Shown: positions 53,830-63,112 of the stretch, in pieces
How positions within the stretch are numbered: position 1 is the stretch's first letter
How the letters are laid out: every line of letters begins with the position of its first letter
NCBI GenBank assembly: GCA_963843145.1
Contig: CAWJJC010000003.1
Span: 32,001 to 96,000 of the forward strand
DNA: 64,000 nucleotides
Direction: 5' to 3'
Source of the DNA: an uncultured delta proteobacterium
GTDB taxonomy: Bacteria > Desulfobacterota > RBG-13-43-22
The notes under the pieces: model-generated
Databases searched by the model: none
What the model was told of the DNA's origin: nothing
What the model saw: only the letters and a program-made list of their open reading frames with translations
Position numbers and translations under genes: made by a program

Positions 53830-53943
53830 GTTTATTTTTCCTTGAGAAATTGTGGATTTTCCCCTTGACATTTTATTTAAAATAAGTCATGTATGGGCCA
53901 CAAAATTTATTAACCCATTAACACCATTGAGGAGGATGAAGGC

Positions 53944-54261
53944 ATGGCAAACATTGAATTTAGGGGAACAACCTTTAGTGTGGATGAAGACGGATTCATC
54001 GACGATTTCAATAGCTGGACCCGTGACTGGGTGGATTATGTAAAGGAATCCGAGGGAATTAAGGAACTGACCGAAGAACACTGGAAGATTATCAATATCC
54101 TGCAGGACTATTACAAGAAAAACGGGATCGCCCCCATGGTGCGGATCCTTTCCAAGGTGACCGGTTTCAAACTGAAATACATCTATGAATTGTTTCCGTC
54201 CGGACCGGGTAAAGGGGCCTGTAAGATGGCGGGACTGCCCAAGCCCACCGGTTGCGTGTAA
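53944..54261 (+). CDS. dsrC: Sulfur carrier DsrC
   Basis: VDEDGF, HWKII, APMVRIL, LFPSGPGKGACKMAGLPKPTGCV with both C-terminal Cys; AT-rich upstream region with TTGACA at 53865. Confidence 0.98.
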   Translation: MANIEFRGTTFSVDEDGFIDDFNSWTRDWVDYVKESEGIKELTEEHWKIINILQDYYKKNGIAPMVRILSKVTGFKLKYIYELFPSGPGKGACKMAGLPKPTGCV

Positions 54262-54351
54262 TTGTTGAGATTAGGATCACGGGGCAGGTGACGAGTAGCG
54301 GATTGAAGACATTGTGATTGAATTCCTGACCCGTTACTCGTCACCCGGCCG

Positions 54352-54903
54352 ATGGACCTGAATAAATTATTAATAGAAAAAAAGCCCGCTTTCCTTAAAC
54401 GGTGGTTTACTCTCATCGTGGAAACCTACCCCGATGAGTCCACGCGTTTTCTAAAATATCAAAAAGATCGTTTTGCCAATCCGGTCGGTCATGCCTTTTC
54501 GCAGGCCATCGACCGACTATATGAAGAGGTTGTTTCCGGGGTGGATCCCCAACGGGCCGCTCCGGCCTTGGATCAGATCATACGGATTCGAGCCATACAA
54601 AACTTTTCCCCCTCCCAGGCGGTCGCCTTCGTCCTCTTTTTGAAAACCGTCATCCGCGAAGCCCTGGAGGAGGATATTAGACGATTCGGGATCAAGGAAG
54701 AACTGCTGGTCATCGAGACCCGTATTGACCAATTGGCTTTGCTGGCCTTTGATCAGTATGTAGCCTGCCGGGAAAAGCTCTACGATTTAAAGGCCAACGA
54801 ACTTCGCCGGCAGACCTATCGATTGTTGCAGCGGGCCAAAATTATCGGGGAGCCCCCCGCCTCCGACCTGAACTCCGAAGAAAGCAACGAGGGAAAGGCT
54901 TAA
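54352..54903 (+). CDS. dsrT: DsrT (RsbRD N-terminal-like)
   Basis: DRFANPVG, IIRIRAIQNFSPSQAVAF, AFDQYVACREKLY; precedes dsrM. Confidence 0.92.
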   Translation: MDLNKLLIEKKPAFLKRWFTLIVETYPDESTRFLKYQKDRFANPVGHAFSQAIDRLYEEVVSGVDPQRAAPALDQIIRIRAIQNFSPSQAVAFVLFLKTVIREALEEDIRRFGIKEELLVIETRIDQLALLAFDQYVACREKLYDLKANELRRQTYRLLQRAKIIGEPPASDLNSEESNEGKA

Positions 54904-54924
54904 TAAGAAGGAGAGGAAAGGTCC

Positions 54925-55953
54925 ATGAATTTCATACTCAGCTTAATCATAACACTGGTGATTGTCCACCTTTTGGTCGTAATCCCCCTGGTAGGGATAC
55001 TGGCGGCCAATTTGCAGTTCCTGTTCGGGGTCATCATCCCCTATGCGGCGGTGCTGGTCTTTTTGATCGGGATGATCTGGCGGGTGACCGACTGGGCCAA
55101 ATCCGCGGTTCCTTTTCGGATTCCCACCACGGCCGGACAGCAGAAATCGCTGCCCTGGATCAAGGACAGCAAATTAGACAACCCCACCACTACAGCCGGG
55201 GTGGTGGGCCGGATGCTCCTGGAAATCTTGCTCTTTCGATCCCTGTTCCGGAACACCCGGATGGAATACCGCGAAGGTCCCCGGGTGACCTATGAATGGG
55301 AAAAATGGTTGTGGCTGTTCGCGTTGGTTTTTCATTATGCCTTTCTGGTGGTTTTGCTCAGGCATCTTCGTTTTTTTACCGATCCCGTGCCGGGCTTCGT
55401 TCAACTTCTGGAATCGCTGGACGGGTTTATGCAGATGGGGATCGCCCCCCTGGCCGGATTGGGACTGCCGGTGCTGCAGCTCAGCGGAGTAGTCCTGCCG
55501 GCGGCCGTCACTTTTCTTTTGCTTCGCCGTCTGCTGATCCCTAATGTCCGTTACATTTCGCTGCCGGCTGATTTCTTCCCCCTGTTGCTGATCCTGGGCA
55601 TCGCCACCACCGGCATCCTGATGCGTTATATACTCAAATTGGACATCGTCGGCGTCAAGGAGTTGATGATCGGCCTGGTGACCTTCAGGCCTGTGGTGCC
55701 CCCGGGGATCGGGGTCCTTTTCTACATCCATCTTTTCCTGGTCAGCACCCTTTTTGCCTATTTCCCCTTCAGCAAGCTGGTCCATCTGGGCGGCATCTTT
55801 CTCAGCCCGACCCGGAACCTGGCCAACAATAACCGGATGGTTCGGCACATCAATCCCTGGAGCTATCCGGTGAAGGTCCACACCTATGAAGCCTACGAGG
55901 ATGAATTCCGCGAAAAAATGATTGAGGCTGGAATCCCAGTGGAAAAGGAGTAA
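54925..55953 (+). CDS. dsrM: DsrMKJOP membrane cytochrome b subunit DsrM
   Basis: PFRIPTT.GQQKSL, FRSLFRN, FHY...RHLR, YFPFSKLVH, SPTRN, RHINPW. Confidence 0.97.
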   Translation: MNFILSLIITLVIVHLLVVIPLVGILAANLQFLFGVIIPYAAVLVFLIGMIWRVTDWAKSAVPFRIPTTAGQQKSLPWIKDSKLDNPTTTAGVVGRMLLEILLFRSLFRNTRMEYREGPRVTYEWEKWLWLFALVFHYAFLVVLLRHLRFFTDPVPGFVQLLESLDGFMQMGIAPLAGLGLPVLQLSGVVLPAAVTFLLLRRLLIPNVRYISLPADFFPLLLILGIATTGILMRYILKLDIVGVKELMIGLVTFRPVVPPGIGVLFYIHLFLVSTLFAYFPFSKLVHLGGIFLSPTRNLANNNRMVRHINPWSYPVKVHTYEAYEDEFREKMIEAGIPVEKE

Positions 55954-55955
55954 TC

Positions 55956-57593
55956 ATGGCCTTTAAGAATATACCCAAGCCCAATGAATTAGCCGATATT
56001 GGTCATAAACCGCCCTTGATGAAGGGCTGGCTGGATACGCCGGTGGATATTCGAACCGGGGTATTTTGCTACGCCGGCCAGCCTAAGAATCTGGAGGTGG
56101 TGGGCCTGCCCAATCCCCGGAAATGGGCTCCTTTAGACGAGGACTGGCAACTGCCCGACAACTGGAAAGAGATCTTTCTGGAGGGGATGCGGGAACGATT
56201 GAGCAAATACCGAACCTTTCATGTCTTTATGGATATCTGCGTGCGCTGCGGTGCCTGCGCGGACAAATGTCATTTTTTCATCGGCTCCGGGGATCCCAAG
56301 AACATGCCGGTCTTGCGGGCCGAACTGCTGCGCTCCATCTACCGCCGGGAATTCACTTTTGCCGGCAAAATGTTGGGGAAGATGGCCGGGGCCCGGGACT
56401 TGACCCCCGAAGTGCTCAAGGAAATCTGGTATTATCTGTTTCAGTGCACCGAATGCCGCCGTTGTTCCCTCTTCTGCCCCTATGGGATCGATACCGCCGA
56501 GATCACGATTATCGGGCGGGAATTGCTCAACCTGCTGGGTTTGAACATCGACTGGATCGCCGGGCCGGTGGCCAACTGTTACCGCAAGGGGAATCATCTG
56601 GGGATCGAGCCCCATGCCTTTAAGGACATGATTGAGTTTTTTCTGGATGAAGTCGAGGGGGTCTGCGGAATCCGACCGGAGCCGACCTTTAACCGCAAAG
56701 GGGCGGAAATTCTCTTCGTCACCCCCTCAGGCGATGTCTTTGCCGATCCCGGCACCTATACCGCCATGGGGTACCTGATGCTCTTCCACCAACTGGGCCT
56801 GGATTACACCTGGAGCACCTACGCTTCCGAAGGAGGGAATTTCGGGTTTTTTACCTCCATGGAAATGGCCAAACGGCTCAATTACAAGATTTATGCCGAG
56901 GCCAAACGGCTGGGGGTCAAGTGGATCCTGGGCGGTGAATGCGGCCATATGTGGCGGGTGGTCAACCAGTACATGGATACCTACAACGGTCCGGCGGATT
57001 TTCTGGAAGAGCCCGTTTCCCCGATCACCGGGACTAAATTCGAAAATGCCAAGTCCACCAAAATGGTCCATATCGTTGAGTTCACGGCTGATCTGATCCG
57101 GAACGGTAAGCTCAAGTTGGATGCCAGCCGCAACGACAATCTGCGGGTCACCTTCCACGACTCCTGCAACACCGCCCGGGGGATGGGAATTTTGGAGGAG
57201 CCCCGCTATGTCCTCAAACACGTCTGTAATAATTTTTTTGAAATGCCGGAAAACACGATTCGAGAGCAAACCTTCTGCTGCGGCAGCGGCTCGGGACTGA
57301 ACGCCGGGGAAGATATGGAGTTGCGCATGCGGGGCGGGTTTCCCCGGGCCAACGCCGTCCGTTTTGTCCACGATCGATTCGGGGTCAATATGCTGGCCAA
57401 TATCTGCGCCATCGATCGGGCGGCCTTGTCTACATCCATGGAATACTGGGTGCCGGAAGTCGGGGTTACCGGGCTGCACGAGATGGTGGCTAATGCGCTG
57501 ATCATGGATGGCGAGGGGGAGCGCACCACCGACCTGCGCGGGGAACCCTTGCCCGGATTCGAAGAGAAGGAGGAGGGCGAAGAAGATGCATGA
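55956..57593 (+). CDS. dsrK: DsrK (HdrD-like Fe-S/CCG subunit)
   Basis: CVRCGACADKC, CTECRRCSLFCPYGID, SEGGNFG, GECGHMWR, FHDSCN, FCCGSGSG, ICAID. Confidence 0.98.
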   Translation: MAFKNIPKPNELADIGHKPPLMKGWLDTPVDIRTGVFCYAGQPKNLEVVGLPNPRKWAPLDEDWQLPDNWKEIFLEGMRERLSKYRTFHVFMDICVRCGACADKCHFFIGSGDPKNMPVLRAELLRSIYRREFTFAGKMLGKMAGARDLTPEVLKEIWYYLFQCTECRRCSLFCPYGIDTAEITIIGRELLNLLGLNIDWIAGPVANCYRKGNHLGIEPHAFKDMIEFFLDEVEGVCGIRPEPTFNRKGAEILFVTPSGDVFADPGTYTAMGYLMLFHQLGLDYTWSTYASEGGNFGFFTSMEMAKRLNYKIYAEAKRLGVKWILGGECGHMWRVVNQYMDTYNGPADFLEEPVSPITGTKFENAKSTKMVHIVEFTADLIRNGKLKLDASRNDNLRVTFHDSCNTARGMGILEEPRYVLKHVCNNFFEMPENTIREQTFCCGSGSGLNAGEDMELRMRGGFPRANAVRFVHDRFGVNMLANICAIDRAALSTSMEYWVPEVGVTGLHEMVANALIMDGEGERTTDLRGEPLPGFEEKEEGEEDA

Positions 57594-57981
57594 CAGCGGT
57601 AAGATTATCACGGGGATAGTCATTTTCGTCATTCTGGTGACTTTTCCGATCTGGTACAACCTGGGTCGGGCCACGCCGCCACCGGATCCTAAAATCGACA
57701 CACCGGTGATTCAGGCCTTGGCGGTAAAGAAGTGTATCGAACCTAAAAACCAGATGAAATACACCCATATGGAGATTCTGGATCAATGGCGGCAGACGGT
57801 TGTGCGGACCGGGGAACGGATTTATACGGCCGGAGACGGGAAGCAGTACGATATGAGCCTCCAAAATACCTGCCTGAAATGCCATTCCAACAAGAGTCAG
57901 TTCTGTGATCAGTGCCACAATTACCTGCAAGTCAAACCCTATTGCTGGGACTGCCACCTTGCGCCAAAGGAGAAAAAGTAA
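57586..57981 (+). CDS. dsrJ: Triheme cytochrome c DsrJ
   Basis: N-terminal TM segment; CLKCH, CDQCH, CWDCH; ATG 57586 overlaps the dsrK end. Confidence 0.96.
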   Translation: MHDSGKIITGIVIFVILVTFPIWYNLGRATPPPDPKIDTPVIQALAVKKCIEPKNQMKYTHMEILDQWRQTVVRTGERIYTAGDGKQYDMSLQNTCLKCHSNKSQFCDQCHNYLQVKPYCWDCHLAPKEKK

Positions 57982-58757
57982 TGGGCCTCAATCGAAGAGA
58001 TTTCCTGAAAATAGCCGGTATTTCCGGCCTCATGGGGCTGGGAGGAAAAGCGGCGCTGGAGGTCCTCCGGCCGGGGGAGTTGGAGGCGGCGCTGCCTCAG
58101 GCCCCTCCAATCGTAGCCAAGCATTGGGCCATGGTCATCGATACCCGGAAGTTTAAAACGGAGGAAGATTTTCAGCGCTGTATCGATGCCTGCCACCGGT
58201 GGCACAATGTGCCTAAGATCCCCAGTGCCAAGGAAGAAGTCAAGTGGATCTGGACAGACACGTACAATCACGCTTTTCCCGACGATGAACACGAATACCT
58301 GTCCGATTCGGTGGAAAACAAGAAGTTCTTGATTTTTTGTAACCACTGCACCAATCCCCCCTGTGTCCGGGTTTGTCCCACCCAGGCCACGTTTAAACGG
58401 GCCGACGGGATCGTCATGATGGATTTTCACCGCTGCATCGGCTGCCGGTTCTGCATGGCCGGCTGTCCCTACGGTTCCCGGAGTTTCAACTGGGGGGATC
58501 CGCGCCGTTACCTCAAGGAACCCACCAATCCGGACTTTCCGACCCGCTCCAAGGGGGTGGTGGAGAAATGTAATTTCTGTGAGGATCGATTGGCCAAAGG
58601 ACTGCATCCGGCCTGCGTGGAGGCCTCCCAGGGGGCGTTGGTTTTCGGCGATTTGGCCGACCCGAATTCCGAGGTCAGAAAACTGCTGAAAGCCAATTAC
58701 GCGATTCGTCGTAAACCCGGTCTGGGAACGTATCCCAACCTTTTTTATCTGGTATGA
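57981..58757 (+). CDS. dsrO: Periplasmic Fe-S protein DsrO
   Basis: Tat signal NRRDFLK; CNHCTNPPCVRVCP, CIGCRFCMAGCPY, KCNFC. Confidence 0.97.
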   Translation: MGLNRRDFLKIAGISGLMGLGGKAALEVLRPGELEAALPQAPPIVAKHWAMVIDTRKFKTEEDFQRCIDACHRWHNVPKIPSAKEEVKWIWTDTYNHAFPDDEHEYLSDSVENKKFLIFCNHCTNPPCVRVCPTQATFKRADGIVMMDFHRCIGCRFCMAGCPYGSRSFNWGDPRRYLKEPTNPDFPTRSKGVVEKCNFCEDRLAKGLHPACVEASQGALVFGDLADPNSEVRKLLKANYAIRRKPGLGTYPNLFYLV

Positions 58758-58764
58758 GGTGGTT

Positions 58765-59934
58765 ATGTTCGAGAAAGCGCTTAGAGGAAGCAAGGGATAT
58801 TTTACGTGGTTGGCCTTCTTGGGGGTTTTTATCGCCACCGGGGTGGCCTGCTACCTCTATCAATTTAACGAGGGGTTGCGCATTACCGGTATGAGCCGGG
58901 ACGTGTCCTGGGGGTTCTACATCTCCCAATTTACCTTCCTGGTCGGGGTGGCGGCCTCGGCCGTCATGTTGGTGCTGCCTTATTATCTCCATGACGTCAA
59001 GGTCTTCGGCAAGATCACCATCCTGGGTGAATTCCTGGCCATCGCTTCGGTGACCATGTGTCTGCTCTTTATCTTTGTGGACCTCGGCAATCCCGTCCGG
59101 ATCTTAAACGTGATCCTCTATCCGACGCCCAATTCCATCCTCTTCTGGGATATGATTGTGCTGAACGTCTATCTCATCCTGAATATCCTGATCGGTTGGA
59201 ATATCCTGGCCGCCGAACGCAAAGCCGTGGCCCCGCCCCGCTGGGTCACCCCCCTGATTTACCTTTCCATCCCCTGGGCGATCAGCATTCACACGGTCAC
59301 GGCCTTCCTGTATGCCGGCCTGCCGGGGCGCCATTTTTGGCTTACGGCCATCATGGCAGTCCGCTTTCTGGGCTCGGCCTTTGCCGCCGGCCCGGCCCTG
59401 CTGGTGCTCCTGGCCCTGATCGTCCGCCGGGTCACCGGGTTCGACGCCGGTAATGAGGCCCTGAAAAAACTGATCAACATCATCACCTACGCCATGCTGG
59501 CCAGCATCTTCTTCGTCATCCTGGAAATTTTCACCGCCTTTTATAGCCAGATCCCGGGCCATATGTATGCCTTCCAGTATCTTTTTTGGGGATTGGAAGG
59601 CCATAACAAATACACTACCTGGACCTGGGTCTCCGTGTGTATGGGGCTAACCTCGGCCCTGTTGCTGGTCATCCCCTGGACCCGGAACAAGATGGGCATA
59701 GCTGCCCTGGCCTGCGTCGGTGTGTTTGGCTCCCTCTGGATTGAAAAAGGGCTCACCCTGGTGGTCACCGGTTTTATCCCCAACCCGCTGGAACACGTGG
59801 TCGAATACGCCCCCACCGCCCCGGAGATTTTTATCGCCCTGGGGGTTTGGGCCACCGGTTTCCTGGTGCTGACCCTCCTGTATAAGATCGCCATCACCGT
59901 GAAGCTGGATCCCAACAGCGCTTCCGTACATTAA
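58765..59934 (+). CDS. dsrP: NrfD/PsrC-family membrane protein DsrP
   Basis: TGMSRDVSWGFYI, FLVGVAA, VDLGNP, SIHTVTAFL; about ten TM segments. Confidence 0.96.
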   Translation: MFEKALRGSKGYFTWLAFLGVFIATGVACYLYQFNEGLRITGMSRDVSWGFYISQFTFLVGVAASAVMLVLPYYLHDVKVFGKITILGEFLAIASVTMCLLFIFVDLGNPVRILNVILYPTPNSILFWDMIVLNVYLILNILIGWNILAAERKAVAPPRWVTPLIYLSIPWAISIHTVTAFLYAGLPGRHFWLTAIMAVRFLGSAFAAGPALLVLLALIVRRVTGFDAGNEALKKLINIITYAMLASIFFVILEIFTAFYSQIPGHMYAFQYLFWGLEGHNKYTTWTWVSVCMGLTSALLLVIPWTRNKMGIAALACVGVFGSLWIEKGLTLVVTGFIPNPLEHVVEYAPTAPEIFIALGVWATGFLVLTLLYKIAITVKLDPNSASVH

Positions 59935-59950
59935 GTAATCCGACTAGAAC

Positions 59951-59988
59951 AAAAAAGGCCCATCCGGTATCCGGATGGGCCTTTTTTT
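59951..59988. terminator. Bidirectional intrinsic terminator ending the dsr cluster
   Basis: aaaaaaggcccatccgg...ccggatgggcctttttt. Confidence 0.9.
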
Positions 59989-60038
59989 CGTCTTCGACGG
60001 GATGAACCCAACCATTGCGAAAGACAGGGAGGCCGGTA

Positions 60039-60638
60039 TTATTCCTTCTTTATCCCATGAAACAGCTCGCTTCCCACTCCGGGATAGACTTTTCTTTTTT
60101 CCGGCAGGGTGGGATGAACTGCTGGAGGCCAGACGTCTCGGTTAGGCTCGGCTCCCTCCCGGGTGATGGCGGAGGGGGCCGTATCTTTCATCACCGGCTG
60201 GAGGCGCACCTCGATCCCTTCCACCGCATGACTAAATTCAATGGGGATTCCATTGGGGTCATAGGTGTAAATGGAATGGATGAATCCGTGGTCGATGACC
60301 TCCGAGACTTCGAAACCGCCGACCTCTAATTTATCCTTCAATTCCCAGAGTTGCGCTTCCTGTTCAAGGCCGAAGGAAACGTGATCGAAGATAAAGGGAC
60401 CTTTGACCGGGTAGCCGTGCTCCTTTTCCTCCACCGGCCCCACCCCCGGCCATTCAAAAAAAGCGATCAGGTCCTGGGGGGAGATTTCGAAGAAATAGTG
60501 GCGGTATCCGGGATGACCCAAACCGGCCACCAGCCGCATCCCCAGCAGATCACGCCAAAAGCGGATGGTTCTGTCCATGTCGCCGGTGACCAGGGCCAAA
60601 TGATTGATACCGGTATAGCGGATCAAGTTTTCCTCCAA
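60039..60638 (-). CDS. VOC/glyoxalase family protein
   Basis: GINHLALVT, FDHVSF, SIYTYDPNGIPIEF. Confidence 0.88.
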   Translation of the reverse strand: MEENLIRYTGINHLALVTGDMDRTIRFWRDLLGMRLVAGLGHPGYRHYFFEISPQDLIAFFEWPGVGPVEEKEHGYPVKGPFIFDHVSFGLEQEAQLWELKDKLEVGGFEVSEVIDHGFIHSIYTYDPNGIPIEFSHAVEGIEVRLQPVMKDTAPSAITREGAEPNRDVWPPAVHPTLPEKRKVYPGVGSELFHGIKKE

Positions 60639-60774
60639 AGATTAAGGTTATCTTTTTGTATTTTATATCCGAAATCAAAATCGTCAACCCCCTTTCGATC
60701 TCCGTTAGAAACTTGACAGAAAAGATAATTTTTATTAGATTACCGGATTACCTAATCTAGAGAAGGAGGAGCGC

Positions 60775-62073
60775 ATGAAAAAGAGCATGGTGTTTTGCCT
60801 GGTTTTTTCCCTCATGATCCTGCTGGCGGTGGGGCTGGCCTCGGCCAATACCATCAAGATCGGGGTGATCTACCCCCTGACCGGCGGGGCGGCGGCGGAG
60901 GGACGGGAACTGCGAGCCGGCGCTGAACTGGCGGCGGAGATCGTCAATAATTCCAACCCGGCCATGGCCATGAGTATGGCCAAGAATGCCGGCATCAAGA
61001 GCCAGGGCGGGGCCAAGATCGAGCTGATTTTCAAAGATCACGAAGGCAACCCGACCCTGGGGGCCGACCTGGCCAAGAAGCTCATCCTGGACGATAAGGT
61101 GGTGGGACTCCTGGGCTGCTATCATAGCGCCGTCACCAAAACCGTCAGCGCCGTGGCCGAACAGTACGGCATCCCCATGATCAACGATTCCTCCACTTCT
61201 CCCGATCTGACCAAACGGGGCTTCAAATGGTTCTGGCGGACCACCCCTCATGACGGCACCTTCACCCGGGATCTCTTTGAGTTTATGAAGGGGCTGACCC
61301 AAGGGAAGGCCAAAGGCGTCAAGGCCGTCCCCAAGGAGGAAATCAAAGATCTGGCTTCCGCCTGTGAAAAAACGGAGTGGGGTTCCCATGTCTCTGAGTT
61401 GATCGAACTCTACAGCAAGGAATACGGGTTCAACGTCAAGAAGTCGATCCTCTATGCCGCCAAATCCGCCGACCTGTCGAGCGAAGTGGGATCCTTGAAA
61501 GCGGTGAAGCCGGACGTCATGCTCTTTGCCTCCTATGCCTCCGATGCCATTCTGATGATGAAAACCCTGAAGTCCCAGAAGGCCCAGCCCAAGATTCTCT
61601 GGGGGCAGGACGCCGGCTTTGAGGCCCCGGAGTTCCGGACCAGTCTGGGGGACGATGTGGCCGGGATCTTGACCCGAACCGTTTTCTCACCCAAGATCGC
61701 CGAGGTGAAGAAGGTGGCCGGACAGGTCAACGACCTCTACAAGAAGAAACACAACCGGGATCTGAGCGGGGCTTCGGCCCGGGCCTTTACCGGGGTTCAA
61801 GCCTGGGTGGAGGTGCTGGAAAAGGCCGGTTCCACCAAACCGGCGGACATCCAGAAGGCCGCCAACGCCATCAACATACCCGGAAATCAGTTGATCGTTC
61901 CCTGGGCCGGGATCAAGTTCGCCACCAGCGGAGACGACCTGGGCCAGAATGTCCTGGGATCGGGCATGATCGGTCAATATCAGAAGGGGAAGGACGGTCA
62001 GATCGTCCTGGAAATCGCTTATCCCTTTGATGTGGCCACGGCTAATTTAATTTATCCGTTTAAAGGTTTCTAA
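60775..62073 (+). CDS. Branched-chain amino acid-type ABC transporter substrate-binding protein
   Basis: Signal peptide; IKIGVIYPLTG, LLGCYHSAVT, LTKRGFKWFWRT; RBS aggagg. Confidence 0.93.
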   Translation: MKKSMVFCLVFSLMILLAVGLASANTIKIGVIYPLTGGAAAEGRELRAGAELAAEIVNNSNPAMAMSMAKNAGIKSQGGAKIELIFKDHEGNPTLGADLAKKLILDDKVVGLLGCYHSAVTKTVSAVAEQYGIPMINDSSTSPDLTKRGFKWFWRTTPHDGTFTRDLFEFMKGLTQGKAKGVKAVPKEEIKDLASACEKTEWGSHVSELIELYSKEYGFNVKKSILYAAKSADLSSEVGSLKAVKPDVMLFASYASDAILMMKTLKSQKAQPKILWGQDAGFEAPEFRTSLGDDVAGILTRTVFSPKIAEVKKVAGQVNDLYKKKHNRDLSGASARAFTGVQAWVEVLEKAGSTKPADIQKAANAINIPGNQLIVPWAGIKFATSGDDLGQNVLGSGMIGQYQKGKDGQIVLEIAYPFDVATANLIYPFKGF

Positions 62074-62197
62074 GGATGTCCCATGATCGACGGGCCATCG
62101 ACGTCCGGCGATAAAAAAACTGAAGGCTTAAATGGGGGAGGGCCGAGGATGCTGCTTCCCCATTTTCAATAATTCAGAATCGGTTTTTTCGATCTTT

Positions 62198-63112
62198 ATG
62201 GAAATATTACTCAGCGCCCTGGTTTCCGGTCTCATGCTGGGCCTGGTCCTGGCCGTCATGGCCCTGGGGTTGACCATTATTTTCGGAGTCATGGACATGG
62301 TCAATTTCGCCCACGGGGAATTTTTGATGATCGGCATGTATACCGGGTTGCTGACCGCCCAGTTCACCGGGGTCGACCCCTTGTTCGGCCTGCCCGTGGC
62401 GGCCGTGGTGGGCTTTCTTTTAGGGGTACTCTGTTATTACGGCCTGGCCAGATACCTGCTGCGCGGTCCGATGCTGGCCCAACTTTTGGGCACTTTTGGT
62501 CTGATGCTTTTTTTGCGTAATTTGGCGCTCCTGGTCATGGGTTCTGAAGACCGGGCCCTTCATGAAGGTCTTCTGGTGGGCAAGAGCCTGGAAATCGGAA
62601 TGGGGATTATCATCCCGGCCACCAAGCTGGCGGCGGCTGTTCTGGGGATCACGGCTTTTGTCTCCGTCTGGCTGTTGATGAACAAAACCAAGGTGGGGCA
62701 GGCCCTGACCGCCACCTCGCTGAACGCCGAGGGGGCCCGTTATATGGGCATCCAGACGGAAAAGATGAACGCCCTGGCCTGGGGATTGGGGGGGGCTACG
62801 GCCACCTTGTCCGGGGCGCTCCTGGTCAATTTCTGGTCGGTCAACCCTTTCGTGGGTCTGCTTTTTACCATGATCGCCTTTACGGTGGTGGCCCTGGGAG
62901 GATTCGGCAGCGTGCCCGGGGCTTTTTTTGCCGGACTGGTGGTGGGATTGATTACCGAACTGCCCGGGATCTGGGACTTCTTCACTTATACCTTTCATAT
63001 TCAGTGGATGCAAAAAGTCCCCATGACTTCCTTTAAATACACCTTCGTTTATTTGGCCTATTTCCTGATCATGGTTTTTCGACCCCGGGGACTGTTCGGA
63101 TGGAAGCAGTAA
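62198..63112 (+). CDS. Branched-chain amino acid ABC permease (LivH-like)
   Basis: ALGLTIIFGVMDMVNFAHGEF, AFTVVALGGFGS, FRPRGLFG. Confidence 0.92.
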   Translation: MEILLSALVSGLMLGLVLAVMALGLTIIFGVMDMVNFAHGEFLMIGMYTGLLTAQFTGVDPLFGLPVAAVVGFLLGVLCYYGLARYLLRGPMLAQLLGTFGLMLFLRNLALLVMGSEDRALHEGLLVGKSLEIGMGIIIPATKLAAAVLGITAFVSVWLLMNKTKVGQALTATSLNAEGARYMGIQTEKMNALAWGLGGATATLSGALLVNFWSVNPFVGLLFTMIAFTVVALGGFGSVPGAFFAGLVVGLITELPGIWDFFTYTFHIQWMQKVPMTSFKYTFVYLAYFLIMVFRPRGLFGWKQ

